64,000 bases of DNA from Obrimoposthia wandeli. Its lineage: Eukaryota. Location: assembly GCA_977020255.1 (NCBI GenBank), contig CDROCS010006560.1, positions 1 through 64,000 of the forward strand, read 5' to 3'. The position numbers and the translations under genes are program-made. Shown piece after piece: positions 9,422 through 21,636 of the stretch (position 1 is the stretch's first letter; every line of letters begins with the position of its first letter). A model generated the notes under the pieces. The model searched no databases. It had not been told where the DNA came from and saw only the letters and a program-made list of their open reading frames with translations.

Positions 9422-11779
9422 TCAAGTATCAATCTCAACAGATGTCAACGCATGCTGTTGAATGAAAGCCTTACGCTGCTCAACCTCTTCACCCATAAGG
9501 TCTCGGAATAATGCGTCAGCTTCCTCAGCATCATCAATCGTCACTCACAGCTTACATACTCTAACCTCTGGGTCCAAAAGTAGTAGACCATAATTCACTC
9601 TGGATTCATTTCACCAAGTCCTTTATATCTACCTACCCTGATGTCTTTGTTACCATAGTCAACCACAGTACTCAAAAGCTGCATTACGCTGGTGCATCTG
9701 TATTCCTTATTGTCAAAATTAAACAACACAGGCATCTCAGGAAGCCTAGCCCTTGACAGCGCACTAAATGCCTCGTATTTTACACTGTAATCCTCAACAA
9801 AGCCCCCACGGGTACGCCGTATCGTGATGCTGTCATCGCATATTTCAAACGTCCAGTCTGCTTCATCAATGGCATGAAACACATTGTCACTGCTCTGCTT
9901 AGCCAAGAAATCCACAATTTTGCGCGCATTCTCTTCTGACCTGCAGACATGAAACATGGAATAATAAATAGCCTCTACAACAATCGGAGGCACGTTATGA
10001 ACATTTGCCAAACGTTTAATAGACATCACCACCTCTGCGGCTTCAATTAAAATTGGCAACCACCTCTCGCTCTCGCCCTCTTGCAGCTTGGATATACCTC
10101 GGTTAATTAAGAAGCTATAAAGGGACTTCTCGTCTTTAAAGTAACTCCTCTTACCTTTTTGCAACACGTGAAACAGGGGTGGCTCCGCAAGGTAAAGATA
10201 CCCACTCTCAATCAACGGAAGCATACATCTGTAAAAGAACGTCAGCAACAGGGTTCTAATATGTGAGCCATCTACATCGGCATCTGTCATAATGACAACC
10301 TTGTGATACCTCACATTCTGCGCGTTAAAGCCATTCTCGCCTTGACCCACAATACCCCCTCCTATAGTAGAAATCAACGCAGCAATCTCTTTAGACGAGA
10401 GAATCTTAATCATCTGTGCTTTCTCAACGTTAAGAATCTTACCACGAAGAGGCAGGATAGCCTGGTTAACCCTGTCTCTGGCCTGCTTAGCTGAACCACC
10501 TGCAGAGTCACCCTCAACGATAAACAGCTCTGAATCAGCGGGCTCCCTGCTCTGACAGTCAGCCAATTTACCTGGAAGGACCGAGGAACCAAAGGCGTCT
10601 TTGCGTTTCACAATCTCTCTGGCTTTCTTGGCGGCCTCCCTTGCACGCGCTGACATTGACATCCTCTCAATCAGTGCGTTCAAATCCTTAATACGAAAGT
10701 CAATAAAAGACCTCAATGCCTTCGAAACCGCAGCATCAATCACAGGACGCACCTCAGAAGAAATCAACTTATCTTTAGTCTGGCTCGAAAATTTAGGGTC
10801 TGGCATTCTAATCGACAAAATACCCATTAAGCCTTCACGCACATCTTCAGGCATCACGCTAACTTTGCTCTTCTCTTTAGACCTAGCCGCAATAGTCTTA
10901 GTAAACGTTTTAGATATCAGCGCCCTGAAAGCCGCAATGTGAGTACCGCCATCCTTTTGGGGAATGTTGTTTGTAAAACACAACACGCTTTCAACATCCT
11001 CCTCGACCCAATTAAAGGCAGCCTCCACCATAATCCCATCTGGTGAGGTATATTTGCACAGAACAGGCGTAAGGCAAATCGTCTTGTGTTTATTGATATG
11101 AAAATCCAAAAACTGCGACACGCCGCCCTCGTAAAAGAATAAGGTGCTGTCCTTATTGTGCTTAAAAGTGATATGCAAACCAGCATTCAAAAACGCAAGT
11201 TCTCTAAGTTTCTTAATAATCACCCTTGGTTCAAACGCAATATTCTTAAAAATCGCACTTGATGGATAAAATCTTATATAAGTACCACTCCTCTTCGAAG
11301 GGCCCACAACCTCAAGCTGCTTAACCCTATTGCCATCACAAAATTCCATCGAATGCTGCTGACCACCCCTAAAGATTGTCAGTTCAAGCTTTGTAGAGAG
11401 CGCGTTGACAACTGAAACCCCCACACCGTGGAGACCACCAGAAATCTTGTACGTAGAGCTATCAAATTTTCCCCCGGCATGTAATTTAGTCATAATCACC
11501 TCCGCCGCAGAGACTCCCTCAGAGTGCAAATCAACAGGTATGCCCCTTCCGTTATCCTCAACGCTAACACTACAGTCATCGTGAAGCTCAACAGTGACAT
11601 GGGTACAATGACCAGCAAGCGACTCATCCACTGCATTATCAACGACCTCAAAAATCATATGATGCAAGCCAGACCCGTCGTCAGTATCGCCAATGGCAGC
11701 AATACGCCACCTGGACGCTTCCCTTACAGCATCAAACCCTTCAAAAACAGTGATAGGAGCGGTATATGGTTTCAGACAT
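9422..11779 (-). CDS. gyrB: DNA gyrase subunit B (frameshifts at both ends)
   Basis: EVVDNAVDE, DNGRGIP, GGLHGVGVSVVNALS, VEGDSAGGSAK, MTDADVDGSHIR and RYKGLGEMNP motifs. The C-terminal DDAEEADALFRDLMGEEVEQRKAFI is in another frame. Confidence 0.97.
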
Positions 11780-11956
11780 AAAAAATTATTTACTGATGAT
11801 TGTTTAGTTAATTATAATACATAACGCGTCGTTATTTCCCGTTTGTAATCATTCCCAAGACTATTGCATCCTATGTTGCATCTTAAAACACATACCCCAG
11901 TAACGCTTATCCGTATCATTGTTTGCAATAAAACATGCGATACAATATATTGATAA

Positions 11957-12967
11957 ATGATAACAGAAATCAACCTAATCAACTTCCGAAACCACAGATA
12001 CATCAACCTCCCCATAGGGCAAGTCAATGCTATTGTGGGGGACAATGGTACTGGAAAAACAAGCATACTTGAGGCAGTCTCACTCATATCCTCCAGCGCT
12101 GGCATCAGGCAGTGTGAGTATAAAGAGCTACAGTTCTCACAAGCCCTTGTTCAAGGGGAAACAGATACATCACTAGTGCTATCCACACCATGGAGCGTGG
12201 AAATTGAATATCTCTACAGCCAACACCCAATCGCCATCAAGCTGGACGAACGAAGTCTCACATTGAATCACGCACCAATCACGCGCGCTCAGCTAATGAA
12301 CCATTTCGTCGCGATTTGGGCTTCCTGTTCACATTGCTCGTCCCAGGGCTCAACTTCCCAGGCGGCGCTTAAGTAGGCCCAACGTCTAGCAAGCACCTCA
12401 CCAACTCATAAGAAAAACCTTGCTATTTACAAACTCCTCTCCAAAAAACGCCTAGATACACTCAAAACCAACGGAGACAGGAGGATAGTAGACATCATTG
12501 AAGAGCACATGTCGCACAACGCATCATCAATCGTATTTGATCGCGAACAATGCATTCAAGACATTTCTCAACACATGGACTTGGGCAACATGACCATCGA
12601 TAAAATCAACCAAACGCCAGAAGAATTTGAAGAAAAATTTGCCTCAAGCCTCCACTCCACAAGAAACGCTGACATGATTACGGGGCGCACAAGCTACAGC
12701 ACCTCAAGAACGATAACCATACTACTTAATGGCATCGAGGCCACATCTTGCTCCACTGGATACAAAAGCGCCTTGCTCTTGGATATGATGCTAGCGTGGG
12801 CAAGGCTAATACTCCAACACATCAATATTCACCCAATTATCCTCCTAGATGACTTCATATGAGCCCCATGGACCAGGGTCGAGTGGACACAATGGTCAGA
12901 TGATGCACAACATGTCATGTCCCAAGTAAGCTCTCAGGCTGGCAACACTGACATGAACATCCTTTAA
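11957..12967 (+). CDS. recF: DNA replication/repair protein RecF (frameshifted)
   Basis: INFRNH, VGDNGTGKTSILEAV, CSTGYKSALL and PIILLDD motifs. It lies between dnaN and gyrB. Confidence 0.85.
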
Positions 12968-12989
12968 CTCTAATAACTACATCTACTCG

Positions 12990-13032
12990 CATCTACTCTA
13001 CACATCTACTCTACACATCTACTCTACACATC
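12990..13032. repeat. 13-bp tandem repeat (CATCTACTCTACA x3) between the converging recF and dnaN ends
   Basis: Direct reading. Confidence 0.9.
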
Positions 13033-14073
13033 ATAGGTACGCGGCATAATCGTATGCATCAACTCAACGTCGTCACAGACCCGCTTTGGCTGCATATTGA
13101 GTGGTTATTCACGAACATTAACGACACACTTTCACAATCAAAAACTGCCAATGCCTCCTTAAGGTACTTAGCGCACATCCCAATGGTCACGTCACCAGTA
13201 AAGTTATCAACGCTGCATTCAATGGTATATCTCGAACTCCCCTTGTTGCTCTTTCCATACACGGTAATCTTGTGTTCAGTAATCTCCAAACACAACATAT
13301 CCCACAAACCCGTAAGTATGTCAGCAACTGTATTTACTCCATGTAAAAACTCTTGACGCCCTACCTTAGCACTGGTCTCATATTCCAAAATCGCAGACTG
13401 ATAATCAATGTACTGCCGGTCCAATTTACTGGAATACAGCTCCAAATTATCACTAGCTGCAATGATATGGCGGTCTGTGCTATAGAGCGTCAGGTTCGTA
13501 ATGCTATTCATGATACGCCTCATAGAATAGATGGACTTTTTCGGCATCACGCATGTATAAAAATCCGGATCATCAAAGCTCAGCTTTGCAACGGCCATAC
13601 GGTGCCCGTCAGTGGCAACCAAATTCATCTGCTCACCAGCATTCTCAAAATAGAGGCAGTTTGCAAACGTCTCAATATGATCACTCAAAACAGCCGCTGG
13701 CAACACCCCATCCAAGGCACGTTTAAATTGATTATTACTCACACCAATGCCTTTGAGCCCATCAAATTGCAAGAACTCAGGAAACAGCTCATTCTCAATC
13801 GCCATTAACTCAATTGAAAGGTTGCCAGCGATCGCAGGAGCGTACCATCAGCTGAGTGAGTCTCATAAAACCTTCGTATTTTAGGGTAAATTTGACATCT
13901 TCAGCATCTGATTCCTCTGTATCGCAAATAAATTTCAGGCTTGACACCCCCTCTTCGATGTAAAACACCACTGAGGACTTCAAAACATTGACATAAACGT
14001 AATTCCCACTGAGAACATTCACGCATTTTGTCACAAGCGACACAGCTTCCTTGTTAATTATAAAATATACCAT
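13024..14073 (-). CDS. dnaN: DNA polymerase III beta clamp (frameshifts)
   Basis: FPEF, LVATDGHRMA, YIDYQ, GMCAKYLKEAL and terminal TIMP motifs. It follows dnaA. Confidence 0.88.
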
Positions 14074-14158
14074 TACTAATTAATTATAAAATCAAATACA
14101 AAATAGGGCTAAATAAAACTCAGTTATCAGCCCCAGTTATCAGTCAAGGCTCACTGGC

Positions 14159-15592
14159 TCACTTTAAGAGCGCATCCTTGAGACGCTCCACATCTTTTAT
14201 AGTTGCAGGATTATTCTGGGTCTTACTGTCAAGCTGTTTCTTGATTATATTGGCAGAACGAATCAGTGAGGCATGACATCTATTAAGCTTTTTCCCAATA
14301 TACTCGCAAGAATGTTGGCTTAGTATCTTTGCTAAATACATCACAACATGTCGAGCATGAGTAATCGATTTTTGTCTCTTACGTGACAAGATATCATCTA
14401 CGCTAACATCGTAATAGAACGACACCCTCTCCAAAATCAGCTCTAAGGTAATCTTTTTTTTGGGCTGTACATATTTGGAAAGCTTCTCCATCACATCATG
14501 CAACGAAACCATCCCATCACCAATCTCGGCATGTATAATCACATTATGAACCGCACTCTGCAGCTCACGCACTGACCCATCAATGTTATTCACCAAGTAA
14601 TCCACAATATCATCGCCTATCTTGAGCTTCATGTTGGAATTGTAGCAATGTGAATCAACTTTGTTCCTTACAAACTCCCTGCGAAACTCACAATCAATCT
14701 GGTCAATAGCAATAAAAAGCCCGCCACTCAAACGACTCCTAAGTGGCTCCACAATCCCCTCAAGGTCATTGAAATGCTTATTACCAACAAACACCACAAT
14801 AGAATGCTGCCCCTGTACAATATTGTCAATAGTGTTAATGAGCTCTTCTTGCGTTTTACGCCACTTATGTTCAATCAGCTGAATGTCATCAACGACCAAC
14901 AGGTCCCTTGTCCTAAAAAGCTCTCTAAATTGCTCCAGCTTACTTTCACCCGAGCATTTAGAAAAATACCTCATAAACGACTCCGACGACAGGTAAGCAC
15001 ATCTCAGGTCTGGCCTGCTTTGTTTAATGCGATTCACAATCGCCTGAGCTAAGTGCGTCTTGCCCATCCCTATAGCCCCATATAGATACAAACTATGGAA
15101 CATGTGGATACCATCAATGATGCTATCAGACGCTATCATAGCTGCTTTATGGGCTGCTTGATTGTATTTACCTATAACAAAACTATCAAAACAAAACTGG
15201 GCGTTAACGTTATACAAACGCGCTTCTAGACTCTTGAAAAAGGCACTTGGAATAGTGTCAGGTGCGTCTTTCCTGTCGTTTCTACTTTCGCCACCATGGG
15301 TGAGTGTGGATTCATGCTCATTGCTGCTGGAGCCTTTGATATTGCGTTTTGCACCCACTTCGCAAGTACGTAATTTCACCTTCTGTGCAACATACTCAAC
15401 CCCTAGAGCATTGCGCGCAACATACACATTCCAGTTACTCAGGACAAAATCCGCAAAGGATTGTGGATATTCCTCATTGGCGCTAATGGCAATACAGAGC
15501 TCTCCACCATCAAAGGATTCAAAGGCAAACTCATCCCTGCTCTGATCACAAAGAAGTTTATTTGCAACCCAATACCATATCTTGTCAAACAC
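14159..15592 (-). CDS. dnaA: Chromosomal replication initiator DnaA
   Basis: FCFDSFVIG, LYLYGAIGMGKTHL, LLVVDDIQ, LRSRLSGG, SVRELQSA and the domain IV ARHVVMYLA..HASLI motif. Confidence 0.97.
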   Translation of the reverse strand: MFDKIWYWVANKLLCDQSRDEFAFESFDGGELCIAISANEEYPQSFADFVLSNWNVYVARNALGVEYVAQKVKLRTCEVGAKRNIKGSSSNEHESTLTHGGESRNDRKDAPDTIPSAFFKSLEARLYNVNAQFCFDSFVIGKYNQAAHKAAMIASDSIIDGIHMFHSLYLYGAIGMGKTHLAQAIVNRIKQSRPDLRCAYLSSESFMRYFSKCSGESKLEQFRELFRTRDLLVVDDIQLIEHKWRKTQEELINTIDNIVQGQHSIVVFVGNKHFNDLEGIVEPLRSRLSGGLFIAIDQIDCEFRREFVRNKVDSHCYNSNMKLKIGDDIVDYLVNNIDGSVRELQSAVHNVIIHAEIGDGMVSLHDVMEKLSKYVQPKKKITLELILERVSFYYDVSVDDILSRKRQKSITHARHVVMYLAKILSQHSCEYIGKKLNRCHASLIRSANIIKKQLDSKTQNNPATIKDVERLKDALLK

Positions 15593-15878
15593 GCTAAATC
15601 AACTCGGAAATCAATCCACTTAAGGGCATAATGCAGCTAGGACACACAGTTAAACGCAGTTAGGCACGGTTAACCATGGTTAAATATAAAAATTGAACCA
15701 GACCCTGAGAGCAAGGGCCCTGAGAACAAGGGCTATATGGACGCCTCAACAACGTTCCTCAACAATGTTTAATGCTCAACTTGCTAGAGTACAACAAAAC
15801 GCTACTATTCGCTACTAATTTCGCTACCTGTCGCCACAAGTTGCCACCTTTTCCACCTTTGCCACTCTCCACTGTGAC

Positions 15879-16151
15879 TTAGGTGCTTGACTCAATTGAC
15901 TTAACAATGGCGTGCATTCTAGAGATTCTGCGACTCGCATTGCTCTTGTAAACTACACCCTTGCCTGCTGCTTTTTGCAGGTTTGATGCAGCCATAACAA
16001 AGCTCGCCATAACCTCATCCTTGCTCCCAGACTTGACAACCTTGTTAAAATTAACTATTAGTGTCCTGCACTTGGCTCTAATGCTGTTATTGATAATCTT
16101 TTTTCTTAGATCCGAACGCACTCTCTTTTTTGCTGATAAATGATTTGGCAT
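15879..16151 (-). CDS. rpsT: 30S ribosomal protein S20
   Basis: MPNHLSAKKRVR...N...AAGKGVVYKSNASRRISRM. Confidence 0.93.
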   Translation of the reverse strand: MPNHLSAKKRVRSDLRKKIINNSIRAKCRTLIVNFNKVVKSGSKDEVMASFVMAASNLQKAAGKGVVYKSNASRRISRMHAIVKSIESST

Positions 16152-16407
16152 AACCTTAATTATACTATCTTGACATATATCAATACAAGCTGCACCCTGT
16201 TTTATAACACGCATGTGTTATCTACTGTGGATTTTATACAAAAACGCTCTAGAGCTTATCAAATTTATAACGAATCTGCAACGGTGTTTATATAATTCTT
16301 AAACTAAATTTTATATAATATCAATAATATAGGGTTAGTCGGGTTCGTATTCGTGTTCGTATTCGTGGCAGATTCGTGTATAACCGCTCTTTAAGGGAAA
16401 TAACCAA

Positions 16408-16926
16408 ATGACAACAATTGGAATTACTGGACAAATATGCACTGGCAAGAGCGCCCTGATATCACACATCTCAGAACTTAACCCCAACATCAAAACATTC
16501 AACTGCGACGCTGTAGCGCAGGATGTTTTACGTAGTAATAAAATCGAAAAAGGCGCCATCAAGGCCATATTGGCTCAAAATCCAGACTTCGCACTCACAA
16601 TCAGACATTTTACCGATGCAAAAATTATGCATGAACTCAAAAAGTTCATAGCATTCCATTCAGGTAAGATAGTCGTTGCAGAGGTCCCCCTCCTCTTCGA
16701 GGCTAATTTTAAACAAATGTTTGACGTCACAATAGCAACATACTGCTCTCAAGCCACACAACAGAGTAGGATGGCAGAATTTCGAGACAACAGCATCATA
16801 TTTCAGCTCTCAAGATGGCAGCTCAGCAGCAACATCAAAATCAATATGTCCGATATAGCCATCAACACAGACATCCCAATTAGTTCTCAGCTCGCCAAAT
16901 ACAATGAGCTATTCAAGCTAAATTGA
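16408..16926 (+). CDS. coaE: Dephospho-CoA kinase
   Basis: IGITGQICTGKS, DAVAQ and VAEVPLLFEA motifs. Confidence 0.88.
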   Translation: MTTIGITGQICTGKSALISHISELNPNIKTFNCDAVAQDVLRSNKIEKGAIKAILAQNPDFALTIRHFTDAKIMHELKKFIAFHSGKIVVAEVPLLFEANFKQMFDVTIATYCSQATQQSRMAEFRDNSIIFQLSRWQLSSNIKINMSDIAINTDIPISSQLAKYNELFKLN

Positions 16927-17373
16927 ATAATTTTGAATAATTGAACGCTGTCCTTAAGAGCAAAGAATATTGCAGGCTAGGCATTGAAACCATCAGAGCC
17001 CATCCACAGCGGCCATTGGCATCCCCCCATTAAATTCCCAAGTGCCCCATTAAAGCCCCCCCCCCCGCGCCTGGAGTATGGTGACTGGACATTGACTGGA
17101 AATGCATTGACTGGAGGTGGTGGTAACTATGTTGGTAACTATGCCAATTGGTAACTATGTAGCTGGTGGTTTGTAGCTAAGCTTCTGTCGCATGTCTGCT
17201 ACTTTTGCCTGCTTAGAACACCGGACTAACGCCTTGGGCTAACACCTTGGGTATGACTAATACAACCTGACTTACACCCTGACTTACACCCTGACTCTCT
17301 TTATCTTTTCAGGGAATCTTTGTGGATTATTCTTTATGCTAGAATCTAATAAGACAAGGGGTTTTAGTATGTA

Positions 17374-18872
17374 ATGCAGGGTATAGCGCAAGTCAAAACA
17401 GTTGCATTTCACGGAACCAAGGTAAGTGAAATATTGGTACAAGCCACTGTCATACCTGGCATACCATCATTCAACATAGTCGGCCTTCCCGGTAAGAGTA
17501 TTTCAGAGAGTAAATACAGAATTAAATCTGCACTATCTAACTCCGGTATAGGCATGCCTTTTGGGTCAATCGTTATCAACCTCACTCCAGCAAACCTACA
17601 TAAGGAGGGTGGATATTTCGACCTACCAATCGCAATTGCGCTCCTATGTGCAATTGGTTGGATAGAGCATCCTGGGGATACAATAATAGCAGGCGAACTG
17701 AGCCTTGATGGAAGCGTGTTGCCAGTCATGGGCATAATGGCTATGGCACAACATTGCCTCACCAACAACTCAGCATTACTCATGCCCAAGGGTCAGCTCT
17801 GTGCCGTACAATTATTAACAGGCCTGCGGACAATACCCGTAAATCACATCTTGGAAATAGACAACGACAAGCTCACCTCGCCAACGACAATCACCACATC
17901 AAACAACAGCTCGACATCAAGCTCGACACCAACCTCGACACCAACCTTAAGCAGGCAATTCGCAACAATCTTTGGCCAGCTGGATGCAAAACGCGCCATT
18001 CAAATATCTGCTGCTGGTTGGCACAACATCTTAATGGTAGGCCCGCCTGGAGTCGGGAAGACAATGCTAGCACACAGGTTATATCAAACCATGCCCCCTT
18101 TAAGCGCCCAAGACATAATCGAGGTCATCTTATATATTCAATGATGCAACACGTCTCTACCCAAGAACAGTTGGTGCATAATATGCCATTTCGTAACCCA
18201 CACCCCAACTGTACCGTATCCTCCATGGTGGGTGGCGGCTGGAGCGGCTTCATACGACCTGGAGAAATATCATTGGCCAACAAAGGTATCCTCTTTCTGG
18301 ATGAACTACCAGAGTTCCAGTCCAAAGTCATAGAATCCCTTAGGGAACCAATTGAGAATCATAAAATATCAATATCTCGCGCCAGGGCATTTGCAGAATA
18401 TAAATGCGACTTCCTACTTGTAGCAGCCATGAATCCATGTAGGTGCTCAAACATCGGCACACATCAATGCATCAATGCACCCGCATGTGAAATATTATAT
18501 AAAAATAAAATATCAGGACCAATCCTAGACAGAATTGATATACACATAACCGTATCAAACACCATTAGCAATAATGCAGGACCCGACATCGGCCACACAG
18601 TCAAGACAATTGAAACCGCCCACAAGAGGCAGCTCGAACGTCAAAAATGCTATAATTCACGAACAACATTTGACCCATCCTCACTCAGCACAGACGCCAA
18701 TTCCATACTCAGCGCAGCGGTCAAAGGAGGTAGAATTTCCTTTAGGGGTCAAAACAAGATACTCGCCATAGCTCGCACAATAGCGGACATTGAGGATATT
18801 GACACCATTTTGTCAGCCCATATACTCGAGGCCATATCATACAGACCTCACACTCAGATGCGCACAACATAA
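17374..18872 (+). CDS. comM: YifB/ComM Mg-chelatase-like AAA+ helicase (frameshift near 18140)
   Basis: FNIVGLP..SESKYRI, INLTPANLHKEGGYFDLPIA, GELSLDG, HNILMVGPPGVGKT, PFRNPH, PGEISLANKGILFLDELPEF and AAMNPC motifs. Confidence 0.92.
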
Positions 18873-18995
18873 GCGGGGTTCACACACATTAACCCCTCGC
18901 CCCAACTCGCCTCCAACTTCGCCTCCAACCCCAATCAACACCTTGAAAATAGTGATTTAAATGCGTTTAATTGTATAATTTCTATATAATTCAAT

Positions 18996-20108
18996 ATGAA
19001 CAAGAAAGTCGTTATCTCGCTTACTTTAGCAGTTGCTTCAGGGGCGCTCGTTGTATTTGCTTTGCTATTTGCTTTGCTTCCTGCACAAGATAACAACAGT
19101 CCATATGCGGTCAACAGCAATCAAATAGTACTGGTTGCAACCAACACTATAATCGCAGACGCGTTAAAGCACATTACTCAGGGCATCAAGGCCAAAGGCA
19201 TCCCATTGTATAGAATACATACAATGGCATCATACGGGCTCGACCCACACAGCTATAGAATAACCAGGCAGGATAGAATCATGGCTATACAGTCATCGGC
19301 CATCTTCTATAGTGGGCTTGGACTGGAAATCAAACTCGCAAACATGCTCACCGCACTAGACTTTAAAGCCATCTGTATGTCCGATGGAATATCATCAAAT
19401 GAATTCATTTATGAACGCTATGGTGCAGACAGCAACAGTGATATTAAGCCAAAATCAGATGAGCACAAACTCAAATTCAACCCCATGAACAAGCACAATC
19501 TGGAGTATGACCCACATATATGGCTAAACCCTGCGCTATGGCAACATGCAATCCAACACGCATCAAGCAAACTCCAACAGCTAGACCAAAAATCTGCCCA
19601 TATCGTCAAAAAAAGGGCCGATGAATACATATCAAAAATGCTCGCAGTACACAATAGATTCAAAGAGATATTTGCCACCCTCAAAAAGCCCATACCTATA
19701 ATCGTGCAGCACAATTCATTTGGATACATCGCAAAGGAATACAACCTGGATATAAGGTATTTACTAGGCGCAAATGCGGATAGTCAGGTAAGCTATAAGA
19801 GGTTAATGGCGGTGGTGCAAGCAATCATCGCAAACAACATAAAGTACATCTTCACCAATACACTCACAGATCGGTATTCGTTCCTGATGCACAACGCTGC
19901 AGAGAGACTTGGTCACAAAACGTATGTTGCTGGACCGTTATTGGTGGATTCAGTAGGAAGGCCACACACGGTCGGCAGCGGCTATATCGGCATGCTTGTA
20001 TATGATTTCCTTTACATTCTTGAGTCAAGCGGCTTTGACACAAAAACGCTCAAACACGACACAGTCTTGGGTGAATACTACGTGGATATACCAATTGCAA
20101 ACAACTGA
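18996..20108 (+). CDS. Mn/Zn ABC transporter substrate-binding protein (TroA-like)
   Basis: N-terminal TM anchor; DPHSY, YSGLGLE, DPHIWLNP and HNSFGYIA metal-binding motifs. Confidence 0.88.
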   Translation: MNKKVVISLTLAVASGALVVFALLFALLPAQDNNSPYAVNSNQIVLVATNTIIADALKHITQGIKAKGIPLYRIHTMASYGLDPHSYRITRQDRIMAIQSSAIFYSGLGLEIKLANMLTALDFKAICMSDGISSNEFIYERYGADSNSDIKPKSDEHKLKFNPMNKHNLEYDPHIWLNPALWQHAIQHASSKLQQLDQKSAHIVKKRADEYISKMLAVHNRFKEIFATLKKPIPIIVQHNSFGYIAKEYNLDIRYLLGANADSQVSYKRLMAVVQAIIANNIKYIFTNTLTDRYSFLMHNAAERLGHKTYVAGPLLVDSVGRPHTVGSGYIGMLVYDFLYILESSGFDTKTLKHDTVLGEYYVDIPIANN

Positions 20109-20134
20109 GCAACAAAACCTGCTTAATAAAGGCT

Positions 20135-20185
20135 GCTGTTGAGGCCGCTGTTGAGGCCGCTGTTGAGGCCGCTGTTGAGGCCGCT
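20135..20185. repeat. 12-bp tandem repeat (GCTGTTGAGGCC x4) just after the TroA-like stop
   Basis: Direct reading. Confidence 0.92.
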
Positions 20186-20386
20186 ATCTTGAGCAACGCC
20201 CAGAGCCATAAATCCAAACCGACCACCGGGGGGCAGGGCTTAGACACCAAAACAAGCCAACAAACCAACAAACCAACAAACCAACAAACGCAAGCAAGCC
20301 AACGCAAACGGTGCACCCTCAGGCCGCACGCGGCGCACAACCCTGCCAACCTATTCAATGTATTATGTATTAACGTGCATGTCGTG

Positions 20387-21201
20387 TTATGTAGATATTT
20401 TAACAAGGGCAGGTCGAATCAGCCTTCCGGAAATGGAATAGCCAACCTGCAGAACCTCTAAAATCGCGCCCGGCTCGTGGTCTTTGCTTTCTTCCTGCAT
20501 GATGGATTGATGTATCCTGGGGTCAAAGGTCAGGCCAGTTGGGTCAATCTTTTCAACGTCACTGTCCCTAAGGAGGGATTCAATCTCCTTTTTAATAAGG
20601 TTAACACCACTAACAAGTGAGGCCTTACTGGTGTCTTTGCTTTCTGCATCAATAGAGCTAAGTGCACGGTCAAAGTTATCCACAATATCAGCAAGTCGCT
20701 TCACAAACGGAACAATCCCCAGCCATTTAGCATCCAGGACCTCCTTTGCGCTCCTAGTACGAAGATTTTGCAAATCAGCAACGCTTCTGAGATGTCTATC
20801 TCTGAGCGCAGAGTTTTGCTCCTTAAGCAGGTCGTATCTTTTGCGTAGTTGCGCTGCTGCGCCGTGTGACTTATTGCGTTGGTCAGCATCATCAGCATCA
20901 TCAGCATCATCAGCATCATCAGCATCATCAGCATCATCAGCATCATCAGCATCATCAGCATCATCAGCATCATGGGCTTTAGGGTTGGTGCCTGTATGCG
21001 GCTCATCAGACCCTGAGTCTGGACGTTGAACAGAAGACAGCCCCTGGTTGCCCGTCTCTTGGCTCGTCTCGTCTTTGCCAGTCTCGTTGCCCCTGCCCTG
21101 GTGTGTAGTATTGTTGTGAGTAATTAAATTTGAATGATCAGCGTCTGTGTTAAAACATCTTCTTATTAATCTTGCTTGTCTTCTGTGTTAGGATCTTGCA
21201 T
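20387..21201 (-). CDS. grpE: Nucleotide exchange factor GrpE with a long acidic N-terminal extension (5' frameshifts)
   Basis: ADLQNLR.R, DNFDRAL, GVNLI, FDPRIHQSI and QVGYSISGRLIRPALV motifs. The frame extends upstream through a (DAD)10 tract; likely start MQDPNTE at 21201. Confidence 0.88.
20884..20973. repeat. Perfect 9-bp tandem repeat (CAGCATCAT x10) coding (DAD)10 in GrpE
   Basis: Direct count: 90 bp. Confidence 0.95.
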
Positions 21202-21294
21202 TCTGATGCCTGCGTCGTGCACATAACTCGATAAATAATAAAATAAGTTTGTATAAATTGGTGTTATAATTAATAATTATATACCCTACAAAAA

Positions 21295-21633
21295 ATGTTA
21301 GCAATTTTTAAAATTAAAAACCAGCAATTTCTAGCGGGCGAGCAAGACATTATTAATGTTGAAACCAGGATAGATGCTATTGACCACACAGAAGAAGACG
21401 GCATTGTGGAAACAACAGATATTCTGTATTCCGAAAATAATGCTACAGTCATCACACTTAAAATCATTAAAAGTGGCCTAAAAAACAGAGTAGTATCCAT
21501 CAAGAAAAGAAGGAGAAAGGCCAGCATGCGTAAATATGGGGGAAGAAACTATTTCACAAGGATGCAAGTCATCTCAATCGCATCACAAAATGAGACCGCT
21601 AAGAATGAAGCGGCTAAGCATGAAACTGTTTAG
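21295..21633 (+). CDS. rplU: 50S ribosomal protein L21
   Basis: MLAIFKIKNQQF...KKRRRK...G.RNYFT motifs. It lies upstream of rpmA. Confidence 0.85.
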   Translation: MLAIFKIKNQQFLAGEQDIINVETRIDAIDHTEEDGIVETTDILYSENNATVITLKIIKSGLKNRVVSIKKRRRKASMRKYGGRNYFTRMQVISIASQNETAKNEAAKHETV

Positions 21634-21636
21634 ATA

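Noticed and set aside
15593-16400. oriC near dnaA/rpsT
   Set aside because: AT-rich, but no cluster of TTATCCACA boxes and no skew change.
20631-21029. ORFs with poly-(MML) or poly-(SAS) tracts
   Set aside because: They are alternative frames of the 9-bp repeat inside grpE.
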